Source of the DNA: a virus
Taxonomy: Duplodnaviria > Caudoviricetes
IMG/VR virus record: IMGVR_UViG_3300031953_000091
Coordinates: 1 to 25,801 of that record
Length of the DNA stretch: 25,801 bases
Strand: one strand, 5' to 3'
In this document: one piece after another, positions 23,299-25,801 of the stretch
Layout of the letters: each line of letters begins with the position of its first letter
Numbering within the stretch: the stretch's first letter is position 1
Notes under the pieces: generated by a model
What the model was told of the DNA's origin: nothing
The model's input: the letters and a program-made list of their open reading frames with translations, nothing else
Database searches by the model: none
Translations under genes and position numbers: made by a program

Positions 23299-23636
23299 GA
23301 TTCGTCCTCTCGTGCGCTGTCTGCGCTGGTGTGGGTTACTGCTACTGGTTGGGGTGTTGAGGGGGTACGGGGTGACTCAGGGGCCGCAGCGTACGGGTTC
23401 ACGCGCAGGTGGTAGCCCGATCCTTCGAGGACATAGCCATCATCGATCAGTGCTTGCGCATAGCCCTTGTCCCATACCTCGGCATCATGTGCGGCCCGAT
23501 CTGCGGCGACCTTCGCTCTCGCGGCCCGCACGACTCCGCCGAACATCACGCGCTCCTCGGCATCCATCGGCTCTGAGCCGCGCACGCTGATGATCTCGCC
23601 GTCAACCTCAACCGGTCGGCACTCGTCGGCGCTCAC
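23295..23636 (-). CDS. Hypothetical protein
   Basis: 113 aa; AEVWDKGY...NPY motif; GTGA overlap. Confidence 0.7.
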   Translation of the reverse strand: MSADECRPVEVDGEIISVRGSEPMDAEERVMFGGVVRAARAKVAADRAAHDAEVWDKGYAQALIDDGYVLEGSGYHLRVNPYAAAPESPRTPSTPQPVAVTHTSADSAREDES

Positions 23637-24139
23637 TCGCCCAGCCCCTCATTCATCGGGGTCGCCGCATAGACCTCGTTCTGCCGCTGCAGGTCGGCCG
23701 TGTGAGCGGCCGCCAGGGCGTCGGTGGCGTACGGGTTGTCGTGCGGGTGTTCAGCGGCATCGGGGTCGCTCGACAAACCACGCGCACAGAACGATTCGTC
23801 GTCCCTGCCCGCTTCGTAGCCCTCGGTCCACGCATCAGCCTTGACCTGAGCCAGGGCGTCGGTGGGCAACTGCGAGAGGATGCGCCGCGCCTCCGGGCCA
23901 ATGTCGCCGGTGAGATTCTGCACCCGCTCGATTGCCGCATACGCTGCATCCCGCTCGGCCTCGATCCTCCGCACGTAGACCAGATCCTCGGCGGCCGTCA
24001 GCTTGAGTTGCGCTACTACGTCGGCATGCTCAGAATTCACCAAATCCTCAGCCGCCCTGAGATTTGCCACCTCCCGTTCAAGTCGCCCGCATTCTTCCTT
24101 GGCGACTTCCAACATTTCGCCTGCGTCATTTACGCCCAT
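23633..24139 (-). CDS. Hypothetical coiled-coil protein
   Basis: MGVNDAGEML..., GGAGG RBS; KADAWTEGY...NPY motif. Confidence 0.7.
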   Translation of the reverse strand: MGVNDAGEMLEVAKEECGRLEREVANLRAAEDLVNSEHADVVAQLKLTAAEDLVYVRRIEAERDAAYAAIERVQNLTGDIGPEARRILSQLPTDALAQVKADAWTEGYEAGRDDESFCARGLSSDPDAAEHPHDNPYATDALAAAHTADLQRQNEVYAATPMNEGLGE

Positions 24140-24359
24140 CTGACGCCTCCACGATCGTCGCGATGGTGTCGGTCGCCAAGAGGACAGGCGTGTCCGCGTA
24201 GGTGCGTTCACCGGTCGGCTTGCGCCACGTGACCTTGATAAACGCGTTCGCGTTGACAGTCCTCAGTAGGTCATTGAGGTTCACGTTGTAATCCGTGTCG
24301 TAGGTGCCGAAACGCTCATCAGGTTCAGTCATATCCTTGAACTCAATCTTGATTCTCAT
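24126..24359 (-). CDS. Hypothetical protein
   Basis: 77 aa, GGGAAG RBS, overlaps both neighbours. Confidence 0.7.
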   Translation of the reverse strand: MRIKIEFKDMTEPDERFGTYDTDYNVNLNDLLRTVNANAFIKVTWRKPTGERTYADTPVLLATDTIATIVEASDGRK

Positions 24360-24594
24360 TGCTTCCCTGCTCTCCCTTGATCTCTGCCCGCTTATCGAGC
24401 CATGCCTGCGCGCGTTCGGTCCTTATCTGCTCAGCCCTACCCAGCGCCCACCGATCGGCCTGCGCCGCGAATGCGTGAGCGACTGCCCACACTTGCTCGG
24501 CGCGAACGGCATCTACTCGGCGCTTGGCGAGGATGAGTTCGGCTCGGTGTCGGAGTCGTTGTGCCTGCCTCGTGGTCCTGATGCGTCGGGTCAC
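24343..24594 (-). CDS. Hypothetical protein (basic, helical)
   Basis: 83 aa, GTGA overlap. Confidence 0.6.
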   Translation of the reverse strand: MTRRIRTTRQAQRLRHRAELILAKRRVDAVRAEQVWAVAHAFAAQADRWALGRAEQIRTERAQAWLDKRAEIKGEQGSNENQD

Positions 24595-24974
24595 TGGGTG
24601 GCCTTCGCGATCTTGTCGAGAACGTAATCGCGGCTAATGTCAGCGTCGAAGTACGTGGCACCCTCAGCGCCCCAGAACGGGATCAGCCGGACCTCGTCGG
24701 CTATCTCTTCCAGCGCCTCCGCTTTCGCCGCGGCCACGTCCTCAGCCGAGAACACATCCCGCTCCAACGCATCCCCCACCGGCAGGCCAGCCTCACGCAA
24801 CACCAGTTCGTATTGCGCCGCCCGCTTCGCCGCGATCGCATACAAGCCCCGCCAGCGAAACGGATCCACCGTGCCAGCCGCGAACCCCAGGCGAAACTCC
24901 GTCTCCGGGTTACACGCCCGACCATCGCCACGCTCAACCTTCCGCGCCGCCCATGCCTCATCTGACTTCTTCAC
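24591..24974 (-). CDS. Hypothetical protein
   Basis: GTG 24974 overlapping the upstream stop, GAGG RBS; AKAEALEEIAD motif. Confidence 0.7.
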   Translation of the reverse strand: MKKSDEAWAARKVERGDGRACNPETEFRLGFAAGTVDPFRWRGLYAIAAKRAAQYELVLREAGLPVGDALERDVFSAEDVAAAKAEALEEIADEVRLIPFWGAEGATYFDADISRDYVLDKIAKATQ

Positions 24975-25264
24975 TTCTCGCCCCTCGTTTCGGTCAATAC
25001 GGTCTTCGTGTACGTGCGCTCGATAGTTGCGACCTCGGTCAGGTCGGTGAACACCTCGATGCTCGCGACCGTCAGACCGAACTCCCGCGCGTTGTTTCGC
25101 TGCTCCCACTGCTGCCGCTCGACGAACTCGCGCCGGTCCCGCGGGGTGAAGTAGTCGGGCCGATGCGGCTTTGACCGCAGCGTGATCTCGTGCCCGTTCG
25201 ACAGGGTCACCTCCAACCGGATCACCTCACTGAAATCCCGCTTCGTGATTCGCTCAGTGCTCAT
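24971..25264 (-). CDS. Hypothetical protein
   Basis: MSTERITKRDF..., GAGGAGG RBS. Confidence 0.72.
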   Translation of the reverse strand: MSTERITKRDFSEVIRLEVTLSNGHEITLRSKPHRPDYFTPRDRREFVERQQWEQRNNAREFGLTVASIEVFTDLTEVATIERTYTKTVLTETRGEK

Positions 25265-25413
25265 TGCTCTGCCTCCTCTTTCGGTTCGTTCTTGCATCTG
25301 ATGGCGCTCTTCCCAAACGGCGTCCGGCACGCCGAACAGATATGCTCCGGCGGTGAATCCCACGACCGGCCCGGCGTCGGCTGCGGCGCATTGAACGCGC
25401 CCTTGAGTGTCAC
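25261..25413 (-). CDS. 50-aa hypothetical protein (CxxC)
   Basis: MTLKGAFNAPQPTPGRSWDSPPEHICSACRTPFGKSAIRCKNEPKEEAEQ; 4-bp overlaps at both ends; below the ORF-track cutoff. Confidence 0.62.
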   Translation of the reverse strand: MTLKGAFNAPQPTPGRSWDSPPEHICSACRTPFGKSAIRCKNEPKEEAEQ

Positions 25414-25801
25414 GCTGCGAGGCCAAACAATGCGCCGAGCGACTCAGCAACGGCCGCGCCCAGGTCCCGCGAATTCGGCGGCGTCACGGCATTCCCTGAT
25501 TGCTTCACCTGCTCCCGCTTCGTGCCGAGCAGCTTGTAATCACCGGCGAACCCCATGCCCCGCTTGATCTCGTCAGGCGTCAGCATGCGGAAGACACAGT
25601 CCTCAACATCGACGGACCCCGTCAGCAGCGAATACCTGTCGACGGTCGTCAGCGTGCGATGCGGGTCACTCGTCGGCGCCGGGATGCTCGTCCCGTAGTA
25701 CGGCACCAAAAGCGACTGGTGCCCGGCCGTCGTGATCGTCCGAAACTCCTCGCTCGCTGGCGTCGTCATCTCGGCGCCGCCGGTGTTGTTCCGCATGACG
25801 A
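25410..25801 (-). CDS. DNA (cytosine-5) methyltransferase, C-terminal part (runs off window end)
   Basis: Motifs IX/X: FRMLTPDEIKRGMGF..DY...QSGNAVTPP; repeated TITT/TLTT target-recognition segments. Confidence 0.9.
   Translation of the reverse strand, partial: VMRNNTGGAEMTTPASEEFRTITTAGHQSLLVPYYGTSIPAPTSDPHRTLTTVDRYSLLTGSVDVEDCVFRMLTPDEIKRGMGFAGDYKLLGTKREQVKQSGNAVTPPNSRDLGAAVAESLGALFGLAA

Larger units (their letters stand above)
1..25801 (-). mobile_element. Tailed phage or prophage (siphovirus) genome segment, actinobacterial type
   Basis: Contiguous minus-strand terminase-portal-capsid-tail-tape measure module plus small overlapping accessory genes and a methylase. No integrase, att site or host gene in the window, so phage vs prophage cannot be decided. 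Confidence 0.97.

Overview
High-GC actinobacterial siphovirus or prophage segment; host is probably Microbacteriaceae-like (inference). Nearly all genes are on the minus strand. In transcription order: the 3' end of a C5 DNA methyltransferase, a chain of small overlapping accessory genes, a Cys-rich protein plus HTH pair, a putative late promoter with a ~700 nt structured non-coding leader, an HExxH protein, TerS, TerL, portal, scaffold, P22-type major capsid, a minor capsid (MuF-like) gene, head-tail genes, major tail, a frameshifting tail assembly chaperone, tape measure and minor tail genes. Three free-standing HNH genes interrupt the morphogenesis operon. The standout feature is a 321-aa class 1 intein in the minor capsid gene (10116-11078). 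It has no in-frame homing endonuclease. Instead, a complete 2xHTH + Vsr/DUF559-like endonuclease gene (10176-11054) is nested inside it on the opposite strand, with a candidate -10 box and RBS written into the intein's C-terminal splicing codons. All calls come from reading motifs and synteny by eye; no searches were run.
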